DNA of 64,000 nucleotides from Polaromonas sp. (GTDB lineage Bacteria > Pseudomonadota > Gammaproteobacteria > Burkholderiales > Burkholderiaceae_C): assembly GCA_031386895.1 (NCBI GenBank), contig JANNCT010000041.1, positions 881-64,880 of the forward strand. Direction: 5' to 3'. Under the pieces are notes generated by a model, which did not search any database, was not told the DNA's origin, and saw only the letters and a program-made list of their open reading frames with translations. This document shows positions 47,608-56,531 of the stretch, piece after piece (position 1 is the stretch's first letter; each line of letters starts with the position of its first letter). A program made the translations under genes and the position numbers.

Positions 47608-49848
47608 CTATCGCCTGCGTGCAGACCGCACTCCTGCAACTTCTGCCACGGCCAGCAACACCTGCTTCAAGCGGCTTGAGCTGGCAACTTCAACCGTGAA
47701 CATCATCCACGCTGTGCCGGCGCGCGTGTCTTTTTTGTCGTTTATCGACTGCGTTTGCACGCCAATCACGTTCATTTTTTCTTTGGTAAATACTTCAGAG
47801 ATGTCGCGGAGCAAGCCCTGCCTGTCAGACGCCTCAATCGCAACATCGACCGCATACACACCAGTTTGTACGGCACCGTCCGCGTTTTTGGGTGCGTTCC
47901 ACTCGACATCAATCACCCGATCCGGGCTGCCGCTGGCCATGTTGCGAAAGTTGCTGCAGTCACTGCGGTGTACGCTCACGCCTTTGCCTTTGGTGACAAA
48001 ACCCACAATGCCATCGGGCGGTGCGGCCTTGCAGCAGTTGGCCAGTTGCGTGAGCAGCGAGCCCATGCCAACCACCAGCACGCCGCCCTTGGCTTTTTGA
48101 TGTTGTGCCGTTGAACGGCTTTTTTTGGTGGGCACAAACTCGTCTAGAGCTGGTTCAGGCTCAGCTGGGCGAAGCAGGTTTTCAATGGTACGAAGGGACA
48201 GCTCGTCCTTGCCAACCACCTCAAACAAATCATCCGCACCTTTAAAGCCTAACTGCGCCGCGAGGTCGTCCAGCTTCATGGCCGTTCTTCCCTCGCGCTG
48301 CAGCAGCTTTTCAACCGCTTCACGGCCTTTGGCAACGGTTTGCGCCACCTCAAGCGCGTTGAACCATGCACGCACTTTTGACCTGGCGCGGTGGCTTGAT
48401 AAAAAGCGTAGTTCGGGGTTGAGCCAGTCGCGCGACGGCCCGCCTTCTTTGACGGTAATCACTTCGACCGTTTGGCCGTTCACAAGCGGTGTGTTCAAAG
48501 GCACCATCACGCCATCAACCCGCGCGCCCCGGCAGCGGTGACCAACGTTGGTGTGCACGCTGTAGGCAAAGTCCACCGCAGTTGCGCCCTGCGGCAATTC
48601 GACGATGGCGGCGTCTGGGGTCAGCACATAAATACGGTCTTCAAACAGGCCCTGCCCTGCGTTGCGACTTGTGCCCGAATCGGTACCAGACAGCTCGCGC
48701 TCCCAGGCCAGCAACTGGCGCAGCACTGCAATTTTTGCGTCGTATTCGCCACTGGCCGACACGCCCGCGTAGCCTTTAACGCCAGCTTCCTTATAGGCCC
48801 AATGGGCAGCTACGCCGTGCTCGGCATGGTCGTGCATGGCCTGCGTGCGGATTTGAATTTCAATGGCTTTGCTAGAGGCATCCCGCACCACGGTGTGGAG
48901 CGACTGATATCCGTTGGACTTGGGCTTGGCGATGTAGTCGTCAAACTCGCCGTCAAGCGGCTTGAAGTTCGCGTGCACAAAACCCAGCGCGGCGTAGCAG
49001 CCCGGTATGTCTGCGGCAATCACCCGCAGGGCGCGAATGTCAAACACCTGGTCAAACGCCAGCGCCTTGCCGCGCATTTTTTTAACAATGCTGTAGATGT
49101 GTTTTGGCCGGCCGTAGACGAGCGCCGCTACACCGCTTTTATTTAACCCACGCTCAAGTTCGGCGCGCTGCGCGTTCATCGACAGCTCGCGCTCGGCGCG
49201 TTTTTCATCCAGCAGCCTGGCAGTTCGCTTGTAGGTTTCGGGCTCTAAAAACCTGAACGCCAGGTCTTCCATTTCCCACTTGATTTGCCAGATTCCCAAA
49301 CGGTTGGCCAGCGGTGCAAACACATTAAGCGACTCGTGCGCCATTCCAGGCGGTGCATCGGTTTTGCTGGCGGCAAAGTAACGCAGGTCTTGCAGACGAG
49401 ACGCAAGGCGCAGCATGACGACCCGCAAGTCACGCGAGAACGCCAGCAGCATTTTGCGCACATTTTCAGTTTGCGCCGCCGGGTTGTCGGCCTGCCTGGC
49501 ATGGCTTGCTTGGCGCTGCACGCTTGCCAGCTTGTTCGTTTCAATGGCCAGTGCGCCGTAGTTTGCACCAAAGGCCTTGGCAATTGCCTCTTGCGGCTTG
49601 CTCAAATGCTGGCACGCATGCACCAGGTAAATGGCGGTTTGCAAAGCCAGCGAGCCGCCGATTACCCTCAAAATTTCGGCTACTGCGTCTGCATGGGCCA
49701 GTGTGTTTTCACCGCTCTCGAGTTTTTCGTAGGCAATCAGCGGCTCGGCAAAAGCGCGGGCGCGCAGCAAAGCCTGGGCCGGGTCTGGCGCATCGTCTGC
49801 CGTAGCAGCAACGATCGAGGCAATAGCGTTCTCAAGCTTGCTTTTCAT
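47608..49848 (-). CDS. relA: GTP pyrophosphokinase, RelA-type long RSH (degenerate hydrolase domain)
   Basis: 746 aa. Synthetase core (YGRPKHIYSIVKKM, NGYQSLHTVV), a TGS domain and an ACT C-terminus. The N-terminal region lacks a clear HD motif. Confidence 0.88.
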   Translation of the reverse strand: MKSKLENAIASIVAATADDAPDPAQALLRARAFAEPLIAYEKLESGENTLAHADAVAEILRVIGGSLALQTAIYLVHACQHLSKPQEAIAKAFGANYGALAIETNKLASVQRQASHARQADNPAAQTENVRKMLLAFSRDLRVVMLRLASRLQDLRYFAASKTDAPPGMAHESLNVFAPLANRLGIWQIKWEMEDLAFRFLEPETYKRTARLLDEKRAERELSMNAQRAELERGLNKSGVAALVYGRPKHIYSIVKKMRGKALAFDQVFDIRALRVIAADIPGCYAALGFVHANFKPLDGEFDDYIAKPKSNGYQSLHTVVRDASSKAIEIQIRTQAMHDHAEHGVAAHWAYKEAGVKGYAGVSASGEYDAKIAVLRQLLAWERELSGTDSGTSRNAGQGLFEDRIYVLTPDAAIVELPQGATAVDFAYSVHTNVGHRCRGARVDGVMVPLNTPLVNGQTVEVITVKEGGPSRDWLNPELRFLSSHRARSKVRAWFNALEVAQTVAKGREAVEKLLQREGRTAMKLDDLAAQLGFKGADDLFEVVGKDELSLRTIENLLRPAEPEPALDEFVPTKKSRSTAQHQKAKGGVLVVGMGSLLTQLANCCKAAPPDGIVGFVTKGKGVSVHRSDCSNFRNMASGSPDRVIDVEWNAPKNADGAVQTGVYAVDVAIEASDRQGLLRDISEVFTKEKMNVIGVQTQSINDKKDTRAGTAWMMFTVEVASSSRLKQVLLAVAEVAGVRSARRR

Positions 49849-49867
49849 AAGTCAGGCACGACAAAAA

Positions 49868-49937
49868 CTGATCATTTAATACTGGTCATCTGATACTGGT
49901 CATCTCATACTGGGCATTTAACGTTGGTCATTTCACC
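49868..49937. repeat. Five tandem 14-bp units (consensus CTGGTCATyTnAyA) between relA start and the upstream hydrolase stop
   Basis: Units are ctgatcatttaata, ctggtcatctgata, ctggtcatctcata, ctgggcatttaacg and ttggtcatttcacc. The last unit overlaps the hydrolase stop codon. Confidence 0.8.
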
Positions 49938-50844
49938 CAAGAAAAGAAACCACTGCGGCCACTTGGTTGCCCGCCATCAGCGTCGGCGCATGCCCCACGC
50001 CGGCGAATTCAACCAACGTTGCTTTTGGCCCGCGCTGGGTCATGGCTTTAGCTGTTTCGACGCTCAGCAGGTCAGAGTCCGCGCCCCGAATCAGCAGCGT
50101 TTGTGCGGAAACGTTGTCGTAAAACTGCCAAAGAACTTGTTCGCTTTGCAGCGTTGAAGCCTCAGTCGCCTGCTTGAACGGCACTGCAAGCGCCGGGTCG
50201 TAGTGCAAGCGGTACTGTGTGTTTGGTGCGCTTGAAATTGGCCGGGTCATGGGCGTTGACAAAGCCAGCCACTGCTCTGGCGTGTGCGGGCCAAACCCTT
50301 TAGAAATCGTCCACATGGCGTCAGCTGCGGCCTGCACAGAGTCAAACAAACCCGCTGCGCCAAGGTAGGTGCCAATCCGCACTATGGCTTGCCACTGCAA
50401 GGCAGGGCCAACGTCGTTGAGCACCAGCCGGCGTACTGGTACTGGCAGTAGCAAGCCATGTTGCCCGCACACTACCAGCCCAATCAAACCGCCCATGCTG
50501 GTACCTACCCAGTCCAGCGTGTTGATGGGGCATTGCGCATGCAGCTGGACCAGCAGCGCCAGCATGTCGCCCGCATATTGCGGCACCTGGTAGCCCGCCG
50601 GGTCTTTCAGCCAGCCGCTCTCGCCCCGGCCCACTACGTCAACACACACAACACGAATGTCGCCGCCGGGCGCTGCAGCCACCAGCGCGCGCGCCAGCGT
50701 ATCAAAATCACGCCCCTGGCGTGAAAGCCCGTGTACGCACACCACCACGTGGGGACTTGTCGGGTTGCCCCACTGCCAATAGGCCATCAAATGGCCATCA
50801 TTGGCGTCTTGGCATTGCACGTAGTTCAGGCTGGGTTCTTGCAT
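49933..50844 (-). CDS. Alpha/beta-fold hydrolase
   Basis: The ORF extends to 50880 (TTG). The preferred ATG is at 50844 (MQEPSLNYV). Contains the HGLSRQGRDFD oxyanion region and the nucleophile elbow GTSMGG. Confidence 0.8.
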   Translation of the reverse strand: MQEPSLNYVQCQDANDGHLMAYWQWGNPTSPHVVVCVHGLSRQGRDFDTLARALVAAAPGGDIRVVCVDVVGRGESGWLKDPAGYQVPQYAGDMLALLVQLHAQCPINTLDWVGTSMGGLIGLVVCGQHGLLLPVPVRRLVLNDVGPALQWQAIVRIGTYLGAAGLFDSVQAAADAMWTISKGFGPHTPEQWLALSTPMTRPISSAPNTQYRLHYDPALAVPFKQATEASTLQSEQVLWQFYDNVSAQTLLIRGADSDLLSVETAKAMTQRGPKATLVEFAGVGHAPTLMAGNQVAAVVSFLG

Positions 50845-50911
50845 GGTGTGGTGAGTTGAAAGCTGGATAATAAAAAACAATTTTGATCAATCATACGGAG
50901 AAACTTTCACC

Positions 50912-51694
50912 ATGCTTCAAGGTAAAACCGCACTAGTTACAGGCTCCACCAGCGGCATTGGGCTGGGCATCGCCAAAGCGCTGGCCGCACAGGGCGCCAA
51001 CATCGTGATGAACGGCTTTGGCGACGTAGCTGGCCCGAAGGCCGAGATTGAAGCCTTTGGCACAAATGTCATCCACCACAACGCCGACATGAGCAAGCCG
51101 CAAGAAATTGCCGACATGATGGCGTTTGCCGCAGCTCAGTTTGGCCGCGTTGATATTTTGGTTAACAACGCGGGCATTCAACACGTTGCGCGGATTGAGA
51201 ACTTCCCCATTGAAAAATGGGATGCCATCATCGCAATTAATCTGTCCAGTGCTTTTCATGCAACACGACTGGCGCTACCGGCCATGCAACAAGCAGACGG
51301 CGGCCAAGGTTGGGGGCGCATCATCAACATCGCCTCAGCCCACGGCCTGGTCGGCTCGCCTGAAAAATCCGCCTACGTGGCCGCCAAGCACGCGATTGTG
51401 GGGCTAACCAAAGTTACCGCACTTGAGAACGCCAAGAGCGGCGTGACCTGCAACGCCATCTGCCCAGGCTGGGTGTTGACACCACTGGTGCAAAAGCAGC
51501 TGGACGACCGCGCCAAGGCAGGCGGCATGACGATGGAAGCCGCCACAACCCAACTGCTGGGCGAAAAAGAGCCATCCCTTCAGTTCACCACCCCAGATGA
51601 GCTGGGCGCACTGGCGGTGTTTTTCTGCTCCCCAGCAGGCAACAACGTGCGCGGCGTGGCGTGGAACATGGATGGTGGGTGGGTGGCGCAGTAA
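50912..51694 (+). CDS. bdhA: 3-hydroxybutyrate dehydrogenase (SDR)
   Basis: 260 aa. Contains TGSTSGIGLGIA, NNAGIQHVA and YVAAKHA. GGAGA precedes the ATG. Confidence 0.88.
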   Translation: MLQGKTALVTGSTSGIGLGIAKALAAQGANIVMNGFGDVAGPKAEIEAFGTNVIHHNADMSKPQEIADMMAFAAAQFGRVDILVNNAGIQHVARIENFPIEKWDAIIAINLSSAFHATRLALPAMQQADGGQGWGRIINIASAHGLVGSPEKSAYVAAKHAIVGLTKVTALENAKSGVTCNAICPGWVLTPLVQKQLDDRAKAGGMTMEAATTQLLGEKEPSLQFTTPDELGALAVFFCSPAGNNVRGVAWNMDGGWVAQ

Positions 51695-51718
51695 GAGAGC
51701 GCAGTGAGCATGCATTTG

Positions 51719-51765
51719 CTATTAAATTAGTAGCTTTTAGCGCCCGAATCTATTGGGCTAAAGCA
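51719..51765 (+). repeat. 47-bp dispersed repeat, copy L (diverged core), intergenic between convergent bdhA and the LysR gene
   Basis: ctattaaattagt AGCTTTTAGCGCCCGAAT ctattgggctaaagca. Confidence 0.75.
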
Positions 51766-51827
51766 CTAAATTTCCCAAAAAAGCCTTTTAAATTCTATGA
51801 AATGCATGGTTTGCCGCTGCTGGTGTT

Positions 51828-52730
51828 TCAATCACCCCACCAAGTTGGCCCAAACTGCCCTTGAAGCCAGCTGACAAATCGAGTGACTTTGGCAGGCACC
51901 AACTGCGGCGACGGGTAGACCGCATGAATTTCTTGCGCGGGCAGTGTCCAGTCGCTCAATACCACCGCCAAAGCGCCACTGAGCACCGACGCATTGGCCA
52001 CATAGCTTGGCAGCGCCGCCAGCCCCATGCCAGAGCGTGCCGCCACAAGCAACGCCGATAAATTGTTTGACCTGAGCGGCCCCGCCACCGCTACGGTTTG
52101 CACCCGCCCGTCCGTGCCTGTGAAGTGCCAGCGCGCATCGCCCTGCACTGTGCTGTAGACCAGCGCATGGTGCTGGGCCAAATCAGTCGGCTGCAGCGGA
52201 ACACCTTTGGCTGCAAGGTAGTTGCCAGAGCCCACCAGCACCCAAGGATTGATACCCAGGTAGCGCGCACCCAGCGTTGAGTCTGCCAGCGGCCCCATTC
52301 GTATGGCGACGTCGATGCCTTGCTCGACCAGGTTGGTGTAGCGGTCTTCCAGGTTCAACTCCACTTGCAGTTTGGGGTGCAGCTGCATAAAGCGCATCAC
52401 CATTGGGGACAGCACGCGCCTGCCAAAAGCGACTGAGCACGTGATGCGCAGCGTGCCCTGCACCTGCGACTGCAGCAGCGTCGTAACCGTTTGCGCTTCG
52501 TCAATATGGTGAACGATGAGTTTGCATTTTTCGTAGTACAACGCGCCAATTTCTGTGGTTGTTACGCCGTGGGTTGAGCGGTGCAAAAGCCGCGAACCCA
52601 CGCGCTTTTCAAGTGCGACTACCAGCTTGGTGGCGCTGGGCTGGCCTATTCCCATGGCAGTTGCCGCCTTGCTGAACGAGCCCAAATCCACCACACGTAT
52701 GAAGAGTTCTATGGCTTGAAGTCGGTCCAT
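51828..52730 (-). CDS. LysR-family transcriptional regulator (divergent from gcl)
   Basis: The ORF track extends to 53237, but that extension is antisense to gcl. The real start is MDRLQAIELFIRVVDLGSFSKAA at 52730 (canonical LysR HTH). Confidence 0.88.
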   Translation of the reverse strand: MDRLQAIELFIRVVDLGSFSKAATAMGIGQPSATKLVVALEKRVGSRLLHRSTHGVTTTEIGALYYEKCKLIVHHIDEAQTVTTLLQSQVQGTLRITCSVAFGRRVLSPMVMRFMQLHPKLQVELNLEDRYTNLVEQGIDVAIRMGPLADSTLGARYLGINPWVLVGSGNYLAAKGVPLQPTDLAQHHALVYSTVQGDARWHFTGTDGRVQTVAVAGPLRSNNLSALLVAARSGMGLAALPSYVANASVLSGALAVVLSDWTLPAQEIHAVYPSPQLVPAKVTRFVSWLQGQFGPTWWGD

Positions 52731-52792
52731 GTAGAAGTTCCAAAAAGTGCAATGGTCAGGCAAGTAGACCACGGCTTGCAGCACGATATTTT

Positions 52793-52811
52793 CATTGGGA
52801 TTATTCCAATC
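52793..52811. promoter_or_regulatory. LysR-type T-N11-A palindrome (cATTGG-gattatt-CCAATc) in the LysR/gcl divergent region
   Basis: A perfect 5-bp inverted repeat with a 7-nt spacer, 63 nt upstream of the LysR start and 95 nt upstream of gcl. Confidence 0.5.
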
Positions 52812-52905
52812 AAGAATAACCGTAATGCACCGGCTGGGGCTTCCACATTTGCGCTGCGCCTGTGACCATTGCCCTGCTGGTTCAAATAACATCCTGGAGA
52901 CAACA

Positions 52906-54702
52906 ATGGCAAAAATGAAGGCCGCTATGGCCGCAGTGCTGGTGATGGAAAAAGAAGGCGTGACGCAGGCCTTTGGCGTACCGGGCGCGGCGATTAACCC
53001 GCTGTACGCAGCCATGCGTGAGCGGCAATCCATCGCGCACATTCTGGCGCGCCACGTAGAGGGCGCATCACACATGGCCGAGGGGTACACGCGGGCCATT
53101 GCCGGCAATATTGGCGTGTGTATTGGCACGTCAGGCCCCGGCGGCACCGACATGATTACCGGTTTGTATTCAGCCATTGCCGACAGCATTCCCATTTTGT
53201 GCATCACTGGGCAGGCACCCCGAGCACGGCTGTACAAAGAAGATTTTCAGGCGGTAGACATAGAGTCGATTTCCAAGCCCGTCACGAAGTGGTCTTACAC
53301 CGTGCGGGAACCTGGCCAGCTGCCACGGGCTTTTCAGCAGGCGTTTCATTTGATGCGTTCAGGCCGGCCAGGCCCGGTGCTGCTGGACTTGCCGTTTGAT
53401 GTGCAAATGGCTGAAATTGAGTTTGACATCGATACCTACGAGCCCCTGCCGGTGCACAAACCTGCTGCCACACGCAATCAAATCGACAAGGCACTCGATA
53501 TGCTGTGCGCAGCCAAAAACCCACTGATAGTTGCGGGCGGCGGCATTATCAACGCCGACGCCAGCGCTTTGCTCGTCGAGTTCGCGGAGCTGACCGGCGT
53601 GCCGGTGATTCCCACGCTCATGGGCTGGGGTGCCATCCCTGATGATCACCCCTTGATGGCAGGCATGGTAGGCCTGCAAACCAGCCACCGTTACGGCAAC
53701 GCCACCATGCTGGCCAGTGACTTTGTGCTGGGCATTGGCAACCGCTGGGCGAACCGCCATACCGGCTCGACCGAGGTGTATTGCAAGGGCCGCACCTTTG
53801 TACACGTTGACATTGAACCGACCCAAATTGGCCGCGTTTTTACGCCCGATTACGGCATCGTGTCTGACGCCAAAGCGGCACTGAAGTTGTTTGTAGAAGC
53901 AGCGCGGGAGCGCAAGGCGGCCGGCCAACTGCCAAGTCGAAGCGACTGGGCACACCGCTGCGCCGAGCGCAAGCGCCTCATGCACCGCAAAACGCACTAC
54001 GACAACATTCCCATCAAACCGCAGCGCGTGTATGAAGAAATCAACCAGGCGTTTCCGCGCGACACGGTGTACGTCAGCAACATTGGTTTGAGCCAAATTG
54101 CAGCTGGCCAGTTTCTAAACATTTACGGCCCGCGCCAGTGGATCAATTGCGGGCAGGCCGGGCCACTGGGCTGGTCCATGCCAGCCGCGCTCGGCGTGGT
54201 GGCTGCTGACCCCACACGCACTGTGGTGGCAGTTACCGGCGACTATGACTTTCAGTTTTTGCTGGAAGAGCTGGCCGTGGGCGCGCAATTCAAACTGCCG
54301 TACGTGCATGTGCTGGTCAACAATTCTTACCTGGGCTTGATACGCCAAAGCCAGCGCGGTTTCGACATGGATTTTTGTGTGCAACTGGCGTTTGACAATA
54401 TCAACGTGCCAGAGTCGGAAGACAACCTGCGCAGCTACGGCGTGGACCACGTCAAGGTGGTGGAAGGCCTGGGTTGCAAGGCACTGCGCGTCAAGGACCC
54501 GGCCGACATTCAGGCGGCATTGCGCCAGGCACAAGTCATGGCGCAACAGTTCCGGGTACCAGTGGTGGTCGAGATGATCCTTGAGAAAGTCACTAACATT
54601 GCAATGGGCACCGAGATCGACAAAGTCAATGAATTTGAAGACATCGACTGCCGCCACCCCGAAGGCCTGAAGGGCCTGGAATTGGCTGGCCTGCTTGAGT
54701 AA
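52906..54702 (+). CDS. gcl: Glyoxylate carboligase (tartronate-semialdehyde synthase)
   Basis: The preferred start [34 protein letters not shown] follows GGAGA. It is near-collinear with E. coli Gcl ([34 protein letters not shown]), recalled from memory. Confidence 0.93.
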   Translation: MAKMKAAMAAVLVMEKEGVTQAFGVPGAAINPLYAAMRERQSIAHILARHVEGASHMAEGYTRAIAGNIGVCIGTSGPGGTDMITGLYSAIADSIPILCITGQAPRARLYKEDFQAVDIESISKPVTKWSYTVREPGQLPRAFQQAFHLMRSGRPGPVLLDLPFDVQMAEIEFDIDTYEPLPVHKPAATRNQIDKALDMLCAAKNPLIVAGGGIINADASALLVEFAELTGVPVIPTLMGWGAIPDDHPLMAGMVGLQTSHRYGNATMLASDFVLGIGNRWANRHTGSTEVYCKGRTFVHVDIEPTQIGRVFTPDYGIVSDAKAALKLFVEAARERKAAGQLPSRSDWAHRCAERKRLMHRKTHYDNIPIKPQRVYEEINQAFPRDTVYVSNIGLSQIAAGQFLNIYGPRQWINCGQAGPLGWSMPAALGVVAADPTRTVVAVTGDYDFQFLLEELAVGAQFKLPYVHVLVNNSYLGLIRQSQRGFDMDFCVQLAFDNINVPESEDNLRSYGVDHVKVVEGLGCKALRVKDPADIQAALRQAQVMAQQFRVPVVVEMILEKVTNIAMGTEIDKVNEFEDIDCRHPEGLKGLELAGLLE

Positions 54703-54729
54703 ACCAGCACATTGAACAAGACACCAACC

Positions 54730-55524
54730 ATGCCAAAATTTGCCGCCAACCTGACGATGCTTTTCACCGAGCATCCGTTTTTAGACCGCTTTGAACACGC
54801 CGCCAAGGCGGGCTTCAAAGCCGTAGAGTTTTTGTTTCCGTACGCGTACCCAGCGCAAGACATCAAAGCCCGGCTAGATGCCAACGGCCTCACTCTGGTG
54901 CTTCACAACCTGCCCGCAGGCAATTGGGACGCAGGCGAACGCGGCATTGCCTGCCACCCTGACCGCGTAGATGAATTTCGCGCAGACGTTGCCACGGCCA
55001 TCACCTATGCCAAAGCGCTGGAGGTAAAACAGCTCAACTGCCTGGCAGGCAAAACGCAGCCCGGCATCACTGAGCAAATGCACCGGCAAACCTTTGTGGC
55101 CAACCTGAAGTTTGCCGCCAGCGCGCTGCACGGCGCTGGCCTCCGCCTGCTGATTGAGCCGATCAACACATTTGATATTCCTGGCTTTTACCTGAGCCGT
55201 ACTGCTCAAGCGCTGGACATACTGGCAGAAGTTGGCAGCGACAACGCCTTTGTTCAGTACGATATTTACCATGCACAGCGCATGGAGGGCGAACTGGCCG
55301 CCACGATGCAGAAAGTCTTGCCGCGCATTGGCCATATTCAGCTGGCCGACAACCCGGGCCGCAACGAACCCGGCACGGGTGAAATCAACTACCCGTTTTT
55401 GTTCGCCCATCTTGACCGCATTGGCTACACAGGCTGGATAGGCTGCGAATACAAGCCCGCCACCACCACCGAAGCGGGCTTGGGCTGGCTTGCCACTGTG
55501 CACCATTTAAAAGCAAACGCATGA
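54730..55524 (+). CDS. hyi: Hydroxypyruvate isomerase
   Basis: MPKFAANLTMLFTE resembles E. coli Hyi MLRFSANLSMLFGE (from memory). TIM-barrel xylose-isomerase-like fold. Confidence 0.9.
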   Translation: MPKFAANLTMLFTEHPFLDRFEHAAKAGFKAVEFLFPYAYPAQDIKARLDANGLTLVLHNLPAGNWDAGERGIACHPDRVDEFRADVATAITYAKALEVKQLNCLAGKTQPGITEQMHRQTFVANLKFAASALHGAGLRLLIEPINTFDIPGFYLSRTAQALDILAEVGSDNAFVQYDIYHAQRMEGELAATMQKVLPRIGHIQLADNPGRNEPGTGEINYPFLFAHLDRIGYTGWIGCEYKPATTTEAGLGWLATVHHLKANA

Positions 55525-56456
55525 CAACAGACACATCCAAAGAACCGCTCAAAATTGGCTTCATCGGCCTGGGCATCATGGGAACGCCAATGGCAGAACA
55601 TTTGCTGTCGGCCAAGCACACGCTTTTTGTATTTACCCGCAGCAAAATTCCCGCAAGCATCGCCAGCAGCAGCGCCACCCAATGCGCAGATGCAAGCGCA
55701 GTAGCCGAGCAGGCAGACCTCATCTTCACGATGGTGCCGGATACGCAAGACGTTGAAGCCGTGCTGTTTGGGCAAGCGGGCGTTGCCGCAGGACTCAAAA
55801 AATCTGCGGGCAAGGCCCGCAAGGTCGTGATCGACTTGAGTTCCATCTCGCCGATTGCCACCAAAATATTTGCACAGAAAATCAATGTCCTTGGTTGCGA
55901 CTACCTTGATGCACCCGTGTCGGGCGGCGAAGTAGGTGCAAAAAATGCAACGCTTTCATTCATGGTGGGCGGTGATGAGCATGTTTTTGAACGCATCAAA
56001 CCGCTCTTTGAATTGATGGGTAAAAACATCACGCTGGTTGGCGGTAATGGCGATGGGCAAACGGCCAAAGTAGCCAATCAAATCATCGTGGCGTTGAATA
56101 TTGAAGCGGTAGCCGAGGCTTTGGTGTTTGCCGCCAAAGCCGGGGCAGACCCAGCCCGCGTGCGCCAAGCGTTGATGGGCGGCTTTGCGTCGTCCAAGAT
56201 TCTTGAAGTGCATGGCGAACGCATGATCAAACGCACCTTCAACCCCGGCTTTCGCATTGAGCTGCACCAAAAAGATCTGAACCTCGCGTTGTCGACGGCC
56301 CGCACTTTAGGCGTGTCGCTGCCCAACACCGCAACAGCGCAAGAGCTATTCAACGCCTGCAGCGCACACGGTGGCAAAGCCTGGGACCATTCAGCGATGG
56401 TGAAAGCGCTAGAAAAACTCGCAAACTTTGAGATTGGCCAAGCTCCGAATTTGTAA
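55521..56456 (+). CDS. glxR: 2-hydroxy-3-oxopropionate (tartronate semialdehyde) reductase
   Basis: 311 aa. Contains GFIGLGIMGTPMA and a beta-hydroxyacid dehydrogenase signature. Position is directly after gcl-hyi. Confidence 0.88.
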   Translation: MTTDTSKEPLKIGFIGLGIMGTPMAEHLLSAKHTLFVFTRSKIPASIASSSATQCADASAVAEQADLIFTMVPDTQDVEAVLFGQAGVAAGLKKSAGKARKVVIDLSSISPIATKIFAQKINVLGCDYLDAPVSGGEVGAKNATLSFMVGGDEHVFERIKPLFELMGKNITLVGGNGDGQTAKVANQIIVALNIEAVAEALVFAAKAGADPARVRQALMGGFASSKILEVHGERMIKRTFNPGFRIELHQKDLNLALSTARTLGVSLPNTATAQELFNACSAHGGKAWDHSAMVKALEKLANFEIGQAPNL

Positions 56457-56531
56457 CGCTTAGAAAGTACCGCGTTGTGTGTAGGGGCCGCTGATGTCAC
56501 AATTTTTGTGACACTTCACAAGGCGGGCAAC

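Noticed and set aside
47608-49848. Absence of a clear HD hydrolase motif in the long RSH protein, considered as a possible novelty.
   Set aside because: A degenerate hydrolase domain is the normal state for RelA paralogues in beta- and gammaproteobacteria. A separate SpoT is expected elsewhere in the genome.
52731-53237. An N-terminal 168-aa extension of the LysR ORF (the track gives 469 aa).
   Set aside because: The extension runs antisense through the gcl 5' region and has no homology-like features. A canonical LysR HTH begins at the ATG at 52730.
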